From positions 1-64,000 of the forward strand of contig JAXLNO010002682.1 in NCBI GenBank assembly GCA_038087875.1: DNA of 64,000 nucleotides. Direction: 5' to 3'. Source of the stretch: Malacoraja senta (Eukaryota). The notes below the pieces were generated by a model. The model was not told the origin of the DNA and made no database searches. It worked only from the letters and a program-made list of their open reading frames with translations. Positions 46,108 to 58,629 of the stretch are shown piece by piece (position 1 is the stretch's first letter; every line of letters starts with the position of its first letter). The position numbers and the translations under genes were made by a program.

Positions 46108-47857
46108 ATAAGTTGCAACATTTCCCCACCAGAGAAGGAATGTGTGGTCCATAGCTCTTCTGTCAGTTCTCCTAACGTCAATTAACTTGTTTTTTAACCA
46201 GCTTTGCAAGAAGAAAGAATGCAGAGTTAACACAGAATGGACGGAGTTAATTGCATGAAAATAAGTGGAGGAATAATTTGCAGTATACTCCTAATACTAA
46301 AAACATTTTACTGTAACAAGACTTTTTGGTTTGCTTTTCTACAATAGTAGCTTGAGGAAAATAAATTATACAGCAAATCTCGTGTTTTATGGTCATACTT
46401 GTCTTAAGGTAGCTAGGCATTCAACAGTGATTTGATCGTTTGCCTGTGTGGTACTCAAGATGATCTTCCAGCCTCAGAATGCTAGATCATAAACTATCAC
46501 AAATCACAGTTGCACTTCCCCAAGAGTGTTTTAACATTTTGACCAGAAGAATATAAGCTACAGTCAGTCAATGAGGAAAAATATGTACAAATCCAGAATC
46601 AACAAATTTACCCCAGATTGGGAACCCTTGAGCTAGACCATCCACTGAAGCAAATACCTCAATGGGTCACAACCATAGATTCTCACATTGTGTATACTTC
46701 TGTAGTGAGTCAATTAAAGAGGAGAAACGAGGGTGCACTAGTTCTTTCTATTAAGTAAAACAATCTATTATGAAAAGAAAATTAAATGAAAATGTAGAAT
46801 GTTCCTAGTTTTACAATTAAATAAACTATCAATGTTTAGAATGTTAAGTGTAACTTTTTTAAAGGATCTTTAATTGTACAAAAATATACATTTGAACATG
46901 CTAAATTTTACAAAAATCACTTTTTATAATAATAGTTTCAGCCTGGGGCTCAAATTTGTAGAATACAAGAAAGAATCAACTGACTTTGAATAATCTGAAA
47001 ATAGTCTAATTTGATATATTGCAGGTAAAGGATTGGTATCTCTCCAAATGACTTTTGCATTTGTCTAATGTTTAGGTACATTAGTTTTGCAAGCTATCAG
47101 TACTGGATATTAATAAAAGCAGTCAGTGAAATGTTATAGATTTTAAGAATCGGATCACCTTGGAAACAACTTCCTACTTGAGCTGCTAAATGTGTTGCAT
47201 TCGATATATTTATTAGATCAAATTTTGATGTTCATGAACTAGGACACACACACATATATATATAAATAAGTTAAATGATATTTTGGATGTACAACTCCAG
47301 AGGCAATATTTCTCAACGTGCTTCCGTGATGTAATATTAAAACAGCCTATGTCCTTAGACTTTAATTCCAGTACATTCGAATTAAACAGAAGTATTTACC
47401 TATTTAATTTGAAATTGCATTGACCAAAAATGTGTTCTAAAGTACAGTCAACAATTTAAAAAGGGCAAATGAAGAAATAGAATGAAGATGATAGTTATTC
47501 ATGAACAGAAATCAAGCCTCAATATTCACTACCTTCAAGCTTTTGATGACAATTTATTCAGTATTGAAAATAAACTAGAAATTAGCATAATTTATTTTGG
47601 TGCTATTTTCATATATTCAGTCTGCATAGATTTGGATATTACCAAGACTTTTGATTAAACAATGAAATTAAATGGTGCGATGAATTTGAGCATTTTGGTC
47701 CCATACTGTTTTTTTAAATTCCTTAAACTCAAAGCAAGGCTCTTATTCAGTTTATATGGGGAAATAAAGGAATAGTAAAAGCACTCATTTGGTTTTCTGG
47801 AAATCAAAATTTCCAGAAAACCCAACCTTTATATTAAGGCAGAAATTGTTTCCAGTA

Positions 47858-48311
47858 CAGTAAACCCTCATTTTAACAGTTCTCTTTATAACAGATTTCA
47901 GATATAGCGGATGGACCTGCCTACCCACACTTGGCTCATACCGTCTCGCTGGCCGTTTAGAGTCCTGGCTTCCGACCCCACTCCTGACTCTCAAGGTGCT
48001 CCAACAAGCCCTTCACCCACCGCGTGGTCCAGTAACATGGCTGTGTCGTGGTTCACATTGTAGCCCTGCGGACAGTGCTTTCTTTGGGCTGCTGAAAACT
48101 ACGATATGTTCGGTCACCGTGATCACTTTGACCACCTGCTGATGGTCAGTGATGCTGCCTTACCTGCTGTTACTCCAGCACATTAACCATCATCTGCAAT
48201 TCTCTGTTTCAACTACATAAAATGATACTACCTAACTTGGTTATAACAAACTATCAGCAATAACAGACACCATTCTTCCCACCCCACATGGTCAGCTATG
48301 AGGGTTTATTG
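47858..48311. mobile_element. Tigger/pogo-like MITE
   Basis: TA|CAGTAAACCCTCAT ... ATGAGGGTTTATTG|TA; a related degraded copy may lie at about 16030-16452. Confidence 0.65.
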
Positions 48312-49966
48312 TACTTAATGTTATTAAAGGTAAATCTTTTCATTCCGTCACCCTCATTATCATTTAGTTTTTAGCAAATATCCTGCCTATAATCAGATAA
48401 GCTGTGGAAATTGTAACTGTTTTCAGTCCATTTACATTCATTTATTCACCCATCAAGAAGTTCCAATCTAACATTAGAGTGGTACTACAATACTGGAAAT
48501 GAAAGACCAATGTTTACCTTGTTCCATTAATATTTGTTATGGATCCATTACTAGTAGATTTCAATGCCCATTTCTTAGTCCCAAGTCTTAGATTCCAAAG
48601 TCCAGCAGCCAAACAGTGAAGGTAGATGAGCAAATGCCACAAAGCAGGCTTGTAGGAACAGTTTAAAAATATCCCTTTCCAATATGCAGGTATTTTGACA
48701 GAGAAACTAATTTTTAGTCAATAATTTGTCCTTTCACAATCCATACACAGAAAATACACAATCTTCATTTGGAACAATTTATTTGCTCTGTGTAAATCAA
48801 CCAAATTAAATAACTGCATTTATAGAACAAAGTTTAATTAAGATCTTCAATATGTCAGCACTCTAATATGAAAAATGGGAAGCAGGTTAAGCCCTTGGTT
48901 TAGTTACAATTTCTATTTGGCATTTAAGCATGTAAATGGGCCTCAAGTAACCATTTAAAAATCTGTAGGTATCTGGCAGCGTCCTGATGTCCAGAAGGAC
49001 ATGTGCTTTTATGATTTTAATTTTGACTGGATCGTATTACCACAGGATTTATTTCCGCGTTACATTAGTGATGTTTGCTGGGGGGGGGGAGTTTTGGCCT
49101 TGCTGCAACACCATGATTACAAATTTTTCTTTCAACATTTAAATTTTCTTTCTTAAACATGAGCTTGAACTTGCTTACATTGCAACTTAAAAACATTCAT
49201 TTTACAGGAACTAGATTTCAAATACTTTCTATAACAGTTGTAATAATGTGTTCCTAATGCAGGTTTTGCTCCACGTTGGCGAATATGTTGTTAAGGCTGG
49301 GGTTTTTGGGGAGGGGAGGGAGAAAGAGAGAAATGTCTTTTAACAGACCTCCTGGTTTGGTATTTAGCAATAGTGGCTTCACCTTCATATCAACTCTAAC
49401 CAATGTGACATCCGAATGAGAAACTCCTCCAGGGAATTTCTCTTTTATTCCCACATCAAGTGGGATGGGTTCCAGCTTAATTGTATATTTATCCTGAAAT
49501 GTAGATATACAATAAATTGTAATTATCACTACTTCACACAAGTTCAGAACTGGACATTGGGTCAATTGATTAGAATTTTCTGCAGATGGAAATATAGGCC
49601 AGACAGAAAGCACCTGAACATTTTCTTCACCCCTCCCATATAATATTTAAATAAAACATCGTCACAAGAGTCAATATCTAAATAAAGCATTTCAGGTACT
49701 TGTAAACATCTGTAAGGTAACTTATCACAGTAAACACTAAGCAGATGCTGCTGCATAGTTGCACATTGCTCTCTAGACATTTTAGATGTTTCTAGGTATA
49801 TTCAAATTCCACTCTTCATTCCAGTAAGTTGCACTGGATGTTTACGGCACGGAACATAAGCCTAGCTGATTGGCAAAGTCTTAAAGGTGCGATCAAAAGA
49901 TATTAGGACAAAGGGAAGGGAGATTTGTGTATCCAAATACGATCTTCAGCTAGGAAGATGATTCTT

Positions 49967-50020
49967 CTACCAGGTATTGTCCTCCCAGTTCAGATCATCA
50001 TCCCAACCTTCAGTTTCCAT
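49967..50020 (-). CDS. SCYL3: SCYL3 terminal coding exon: [17 protein letters not shown]
   Basis: ttttgcag acceptor; matches human ELNWEDNNW C-terminus; TAG stop. Confidence 0.93.
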   Translation of the reverse strand: METEGWDDDLNWEDNTW

Positions 50021-53000
50021 CTGCAAAACAATGCACAGCAGATTACTGCAAAGTTACTATCATCTCTTACATTGTCCAAGGGGAATCTGTTTACAGTAAA
50101 AGGTTAAAGTAGTAAGAAATCTACGAATGCAGATTATTGGATAGCATGTGGTGTTACAATATCTATGGCATAGATTCACCCACTGTGTCCATGGCCAGGA
50201 AAAGTACTACTTAGGCCAATTCTATTTTCCTGGTCACAGGCTGTGGATTACAGCAGTATTCATCCAAAAGTTCTAAATGTGTAGAATATTTCTGTCACCA
50301 CTGCACTCAGTTAGGATGTACAAGAGCTGCCATCATTCTTTGGGTGAAAAAAGCAATGCATTCTTTAATCTGCCTACCAATTGCTTATAATTGATGTCTC
50401 CTCGCCATTAACCCAAGTACAAAGAGAAACCAGTCCTACCTGTTCACTCTACTGCATCTCTCAATCAATACATCCCGTATTAAATATTCTCTCAGCCACA
50501 TATCTTTTTTTTTTTAAAGACCCAGTTAAGCTATTTATAACCAGAATTTGTGTCTGCACACATCCACATTAAATTTCCCTACATCTCTCATGTTATCAGA
50601 CCACAATTGTAGTCAGTAATGTGTGGTAAAATTCACTTCTTGCCTTTATATTCTCCACCTTGGTCAAAAGGTTTGCCATTATGTGTCTGCACTGTTAATG
50701 CCTTTCCTTTGGTTTCAGTGGGCAAGCACCTCCAGATCTCACATTCCCACCTGCATATCCCAGCGTGTTCTGGGAAGTATCATCCATTACAGGACAATAT
50801 GCCGTTGTAAAAAGTACACGCTATTGATAGCATGCCAGTGGATTTCATAATAGGCAACTTTCATAATAGGTAACTTACCTCAATAGTGTCTGTTGCAGCA
50901 AACTTTGATGCAATTGCTAAAGTTTGTGAATTGTCTCTTGCAGTCAATGTCTTCTCTGTTCCCCTTGAAGCAACTTCAGTTTCTTTGGCAAAATCAACTG
51001 ATTCTGTTCCCTGTGTTGGCACTAACATGCCTCTGGATGAGAGTTTAATGTCTGGAATCATATCAGCAAAGAGATCTAGTTCAGGGTCTCTCTCTGGTCT
51101 TTTCTTGACACTAATTGTGAATTCCTCTCCAAGTTCATCATTCAAATATGTTTTCTTTATTGAGGTTTTCTGCCTGGAGGACATCTGTGCAATAGAATTT
51201 GTTTTCCTATTTTCCTTTACTGACATTTTCTGCTGGTTGCAGTTATTATTCTTCCAACTTTCACAAGACATCTCCGAGTGCGTTTTCAGTGGTGTAGAAA
51301 GTTTCATGCCCTTAGATTGAGGCTTATTCACAAAAAGAGATGCATGTGATTTAACTGCCTGTTGTGTTGTTGTATTTTCACAAGGAGCATTTTCATCAGT
51401 TTCAAAGTCATCCCATGGTTCATTATCAACTGTAATATCCCCAAATTTGTTGTTTCCTGCAAGGATGCAATCCTTTTTAGGCTCAAGCAGAATGTCATTG
51501 TCCGATTTGCTCCAATCTGGCCAATCGTCAGCGGATTTGTGCATCAGCATTGATTTGTGTGTGCTGTCAACACCCAAAATATCATTTCCGTGAATACCAT
51601 TCATGGAGATTATGGCTGCTTGTTCTTTATACTGGGCTACAAAGTTCATAAAGAAAAAATATTCAAGTTACTAAAATATTTAAGTTACTAACTATATCAA
51701 AACTTGGCATTAAATTTGGTTCTGTCAGTAATAAACAAAAACAATTTAAATACTGTAACAGGTAGACATGGGTAAATTAGGCATGAGGGAAAACAAAATT
51801 AAACTACTAAAATTACTGCATCAGATGTGTGATTATATTAAATGTATATCTCTTTTATGAAATGTATATCTTTGTTATGCATCTTATTTCCTACATAGCT
51901 GGATTATCTTTAGAAAATGCACTTACAACAAATGAAAATATTAAATTAGTATATTTCAATGTATATAACAGTCAAAACCATTCCTGCAACAGATAAGGCA
52001 CAAATGCTGATTTTCAGTTTTAGTGACTCTCAATGCCTTCATTGTGTGACAAATCCCAAATGAAATAAATATTTAATAAAAATATATTCACAGAAAATGT
52101 AATCTCTCAACCAGATCATGCACTCAAAAAGAATGATAGCAATCAAGGTACAGTACTATTAGCTAGGGCCAGATAGACTGACCCAGAGACCAAGAGCAAG
52201 GGAGTCAAGAGATGCTGTCACACAGCACCAGCAGTTAAATCATTGTACAACCCTCCCTGTGTGACCACATAGACCATTTCCTTCTTTCTTCCCCCACTCC
52301 CCATACCTCCCAAAATAATCAAAAGACTTGCTATGTTAATTGCCCCTTGCGCAAGAGAACTGGGGGTTGATGGATTCATCAGAAAGAACACGTTACTGAT
52401 GGGAATGCCACCAACAGATGACCTTTCCATCACTCATTCCCCCATACTAAGTGGGGGAATGAGGCTAATGGGAATGCTGAGGGCCAGGATTGCTGTAGTC
52501 TAAGTAGCCTAATCCTGTATAGTATGAAAAGATGCAGCAGGTTCAAATTTCATCATGGCAACACAGAAATTCCAGTAATTGAATCTAATGTTAAAAAAGT
52601 CATATAGGTAATGCATTTCTATACCAAACAATCTGGTTTACAAGTGTCTTTCAGGAAAGGATAGTCATTGACCTAACCAAATCTGGTATCTAACAAGATT
52701 CCACACCATCTTTGGTTGACTCTTAAATGCATTTTCAATTGACAGGCAATTAATGATGGGCAATAATTGTTGGAATCGCCCGAACAAATAAATTATTTTT
52801 ATGCCAAATTTTAGTGTGTGCAAAAATCTCACTTTTGCATTATCTTCCAAAGGGTTACCTTGTTTTGTCAGTATTTGAAACCTTGCGGGCTGGAAATTTT
52901 GAGTGAGGTTTGTTCTTGCTTTCTCCGTCCCACTTATGAGCATCTTCTCAGGTTCAGTGTTCTTTGAAAGCAGTTTGAAAGAACTGTTTACAGCCAAAGA

Positions 53001-56000
53001 ACTGAGACGTTCATTACAGTTCACGACATGTGCAGGAGACCCTTAAATAAAAACACAAGACTGCAAATCAAAGTTCAGCCTGTGCAAGAATACTCACATC
53101 TCAATTATGAGAATGAAGACATAAATCAATTAACAATTTCAAATTGCTCAAAAAATATTCCCACCCAAGAAAAACTGCACTCTTGTCAATTCTCAATACA
53201 ATCTTGAGCAGAAAATGAAAAAATGCTGAAAATCTAAAATAATAACAAACTATGCTGGAAACAGGTAGAAAGGGAAATGATTAACACATCTGGGATGGGA
53301 AAGGGTCCCAAAATTGAAATAATATTAACTACCACACTTTTCACAGATGCTAAAAATGTTTCCAACATTTTCTATTTTATTACTATCTTAGGTAAACTAT
53401 TTTCAAATAGTTGCCATCAAGTCAGTCAGCAATTATTTTTGTCTTGCCTTCAGGGGTGATCTCAGTTGATTTGAAGTTCGGTGTTGCACGTTTGAAGATC
53501 TTTGCTCTTTCACCTCCAACTACCACCTCAGCTCCTAGAAGTGGCACCAATACTGCTAGACTTGAAAGTGTTCCTGATACCAGTGTGTTACTGGTATCTC
53601 TTAGTCCTAGCAATATCTAAAAAGAGAAAATGTGATTGTGTCTTCTTATCAAACACGTCAAATTTATCAAACCTGGCAAAATTACACATGGTGGAATAAA
53701 GCACTACATAATAAACAAATACATTCCTGCTGATATTATTTTACCATAACTGATGGTTTAGATAAGTTACTAAGGCTGTCATACTCTTAAGGTTAATATG
53801 GGAAATGGCTGATGGTGCTTTGGAAAATAGCTGACAGTGCCTGTGAGCAAGGTCGAGTTGGCGGAGGTGACAAAACACAAGGTGCAAGGGGTCCATGTGA
53901 CCTAGCTGGTGCCATCGAGTGGATTGCCAGAGAAACTCCAAGTAGCTTCTGCTTTTGTGACACCTTGGTGCCATTAAGTCTAGCTTTCTGCAAGAGACTC
54001 CAAGTAGTTTATGTTCTTGTGGCTTCTCTGAAACCATCAAGTCTAGGTTCTGTTGAACAGTTGCTGAACCTAAGCCTGTGATTGGATAGAGGATTAAGTG
54101 TTTACACTTAGTATCTAGGTGCTATACATAGTTTGTACTTTGTTAAAGTGCTTCTTAATGTGTTTTCTTATCTGTAAGAAGTGATTGGCATGTAGGGGTG
54201 GCCTCCCCCATCGTACTTAGTGTCCCCGTCTTCATTAAGGGATATAAAAGTGTATGTATTTTGTTTGGGTGTGTCGGTTGTCTTCCTTCTGTTCTGTTTG
54301 CACAAGGCCACTGGGCTTGCGTGAATGGATCCGAGACCGTCCCTGCAGTGTATACAAATAAAGAAGGGTTTGGACTTCAGTGTTCTACTCGGTTTCCTTT
54401 ACTGAACCAGACTTGGGGTAAGATTAGATCCGGGCATTAACATTGGGGGCTTGTCCGGGATCTCAACGGATTACCAACGTGAGTCTGCGGCCACTCCGCT
54501 AATCCGACGATGAATCAGTCATTCGCTGACTTTGCGTGGGGTCCCGATGAGATCAATTAGGTTAGTAGTCTGGAGAACACTGAATTGGATTAGATTGGGT
54601 ACCGGTGTAGGGTTTGAGTCCCTGTAGGTTAAGGACCCTACCGAGGAAGGGTTAGAGTCCCTTGGGTGAGGGTTTGAGTCCCCACCCCGTAGGGTTTGAG
54701 GCCCTTGGATTTGGGGTTAGAGACCAGGGAGGGGTTCGAATCCCCGCTCAGTATTGGGGTACCGATTGGCAGGGTACAGTTATAAGTGGAGTAAGTTCTG
54801 ATACTCATCGCTGAGGTGAGATTGGCAGAGACTCTTTAAAAATCAGCGCTAGGATCCAGCATTAAGAGGGAGTAAGTGCTGAAGACCAGGACCTTGCAGA
54901 GAAGTGAGTTCGTCCCTGGTGGTACTGGGATCAGTACTAAGGTAAATTGGCAATATTACTGTAAAAATTAGTACTGAAGTTTATTATAAAGATGCGTCTG
55001 TTATATTCTTGATCTAAATTTTGATTCTAAGTTTTGCTAAATTGGAAGTATTCATATTGAATGTCTTTGCTTAATACTGTGTAATTACTTCTGTATTATA
55101 GTTGTCTGTTTTTGCATAAGCCTGTATATTGTGTAATTCATTCATGTATAGTGTGATTGCTGAATGTTCAGTATTGTCACAAAGATGGCGCCTGCCTGTG
55201 GCGACATTTTGCCAGCAGCTCAACAGCAGAGAATTATAGCTTCACTCAACTCACCTGGATCAGAGAAATGGCAGAAATCAGCGCCGTATTGGACAAGCTG
55301 CTCGTGCACTTGAAGGCATTAGCGATATCGTGATCTCCCGCAGCTGCGGGAGCCCCCGACTGTAAGCGATCACTGGAGAACACCCGACCCGACTGAGGAT
55401 CACAGGTACGGTACCTGGAAACACCATGGAGACCTCCGGAGCCGACGAGCAGGCTCTCTCAGGAGCAACGGGGCTGGAGCTACTGACTGTGAGGGAATCC
55501 CCGATCGCAACGGAGCTGGAGCTGCCGTCTGCAAGGTAATCCCCGTATATGCGCAGGTTCGCAGAAACAGCAGGCACAGTACCTGGAAACAATGGAGAGA
55601 CCTCCATTGTGTCCGGAAACGTGGCCGACGGGCAGGACTTCAGGTCAGACTGAAGCGCAGGGGACTTCGACCCCCTCTCCCTACTATCCTACTGGCTAAT
55701 GTACAGTCCCGTGAAAATAAAGTGGAGGACTTAAGGGCAAGGCTGCTTTACCAAAGGGAGCTGAGGGAATGCTCTGTGTTCTGTTTCACAGAGACATGGC
55801 TCACCCCCAGCTCCCCAGACTCAGCAGTCCAGCCTGAAGGTTTCTCCATCCACCATATGGACCGTACACTGGCATCTGGGAAAGGGAGAGGAGGGGGCGT
55901 CTGCCTCATAGTCAACTTTGCATGGTGCTCAGACGTGGCAGCCCTATCCAACTCCTGCTCTCCACACCTCGAACATCTGGCGGTGAAGTGCCGTCCCTTC

Positions 56001-58275
56001 TACCTACCAAGGGAATTCACCTCTATCATCCTGACCGCGGTCTACATCCCACCCCAGGCTGATGTTCATCTGGCACTGGAGGAGCTGCACGCCGTGGTCA
56101 ACAAGCTTACCCCGAGGCATTTACCACCATAGCCGGGGACTTCAACAAATCCAACCTTAAGAAATCGCTCCCTACCTTCCACCAACATGTCTCCAGCAGC
56201 ACCAGAGGACCAAACACCCTCGACCACTGCTACACGACCATCAAGGATGCCTATCGCTCTATCCCTCGCCCTCACTTCAGTAAATCCGACCATACTGCGG
56301 TGCTGCTTCTTCCTGCCTACAGGCAGCAATTGAAGAGAGCACCCCCAGAGGCGAGGACTGCACAAGGCTGGTCGGGGAGGCAGAGGAACAACTCTAGGAC
56401 TGCTTGGAGTCTGTAGACTGGGCAATGTTCAGGGACTCGGCAACGGACCTGAATAAGTAAGCCACAATCGTTACAGGCTTCATAAATAATTATGTGGAGG
56501 ACTGTATCCCTAAAAAAATCTTCAGAGTGTTTCATAACCAGAAGCCTTGGATGAATCATGAGATCCGCATTCATCTGAAGACCAGATCCTGGACATTCAG
56601 GTCTGGAGGTCTACAAGAAGTCCAGATACGACCTTGGTAAGGCCATCAAAAAGGCCAAAAGGGACCTGCTCCATGCTGGAGGATGAGACAGTTCGGCAAC
56701 TGTGGCGGGGCTTGAATACCATCACCTCCTACAAGGCGAAATCAGGAGGCAGCTCAAATGTCAGCGAAGCATCACTACCTGACGAGATCAATGCATTTTA
56801 CGCACGTTTTGATAGGGAGAACACTGATGTGCCTTCCCGAGCCCCCATTCGCCGTGATGGTATTTCAGTCACAGTCACAGAGGCCGACATCAGAAGATCC
56901 TTCAGGGGGGTGAACCCTCGGAAAGCGCCTGGACCTGATGGTATACCCGGTCGTGTTCTAAAAACCTGTGTGGACCAACTGGCTGGAGTTTTTACAGACA
57001 TTTTCAACCTCTCACTTCTGAGGTCTGAGGTTCCCACCTGCTTTAAAAGGGCATCAATAATACCGGTGCCCAAGAAGAGCAAGGTGACGTGCCTCAATGA
57101 CTATCGACCAGTGGCATTAATGTCTGTGGTGATGAAGTGCTTTGAGGTTGATTATGGCGCATATCAACTCCTACCTCGACAAGAACCTCGACCCACTGTA
57201 GTTCGCTTACCGCCACAACAGATCAACGGTGGATGCGATCTCGCTGGCTCTCCACTCCGGACCACTTGGACAAAAAAATTCATATGTCAGGCTGTTATTC
57301 ATTGACTACAGCTCAGCGTTTAATACCATCATCCGCTCCAAGCTGGTTACCAAGCTCTCAGATCTGGGTCTCTGCGCATCCCTCTGCAATTGGATCCTGG
57401 ACTTCCTCATCCATAGACTACAGTCTGTCCGTATTGGTGGAAATGTGTCATCCTCGATAACAATCAGCACGGGAGCACCTCTAGGCTGCGTGCTCAGCCC
57501 CCTGCTGTACTCACTCTATACTCATGACTGCGTAGCCGGACATAGTGCGAACTCCATCATCAATTTCGCCGACGACACCACTGTTGTGGGACGAATCACT
57601 GATGGTGACGAGTATAGAAGTGAGATCGACCGATTGACCAAATGGTGCCAGCACAACAACCTGGCTCTCAACACCAGCAAAACCATGGAACTGATTGTGG
57701 ACTTTGGAAGGGGTAGGATAGGGACCCAAATCCCGTTTACATGGTGCAAAGGGTCAAGAACTTCAAATTCCTGGGCGTGCATATTTCCGAAGATCTTTCC
57801 TGGTCCCAGCACACTGATGCAATCATAAAGAAGGCACATCAGTGCCTCTACTTCCTGAGAAAATTACGGAGAGTATGTATGTCAAGGAGGACTCTCTCGA
57901 ACTTCTACAGGTGCACAGGAGAGAGCATACTGACTGGTTGCATCGTGGCTTGGTTCGGCAACTTGAACGTCCAGGAGCAAAAAAGAATGCAGAAAGTTGT
58001 GACCACTGCCCAGTCCATCATCGGCTCTGACCTCCCCACCATCGAAGGGATCTATCGCAGTCGCTGCCTCAAAAAGGCTGCCAACATCATCAAAGACCCA
58101 CGCCATCCTGGCCACACAATCATCTCGCCGTTGCCATCGGGAAGAAGGTACAGGAGCTTGAAATCTGGAACATCCAGGTTCAGGAACAGCTTCTTCCCCA
58201 CAGCCATCAGGCTATTAAACACGACATCAAACAAACTCTGAACTATAACAGCCTATTGCACTTTACCTGTTTATT

Positions 58276-58308
<33 letters not shown>

Positions 58309-58592
58309 GGTCTATGGTGTATAGACACACTGAACTGTTCTGTATTATGCTTACAATATTGTGTTGTGCTGCAGCAAGAAAGAATTTCATTGTCTTATCT
58401 GGGACACATGACAATATACTCTCTGGACTATATATTATAATTTGCTTTTGTATTATAGTAGTTAGTTGTATTTGTTCTTGTATAAGTGTAATTTTGTCTG
58501 TGATATAGTCTTATTTGTTTAAATACTGTGTGAGTTGAAAAACTTTTGCAGCTACATTGTGATTCCTTGCTGATTTGAGAAGGAAGCTGCTG

Positions 58593-58629
<37 letters not shown>

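Noticed and set aside
50861-51649. 262-aa ORF as a standalone gene
   Set aside because: It is the SCYL3 penultimate exon plus intronic flanks; the ATG is intronic.
53741-54440. ORFs duplicated at 53.7-54.4 kb and 60.1-61.2 kb as a gene pair
   Set aside because: They are translations of the two LTR copies, with indels between them.
54609-54745. tRNA genes or a CRISPR-like array
   Set aside because: Only isolated T-arm hairpins, with no cloverleaf or A-box; spacers are a few nt and the context is a vertebrate ERV.
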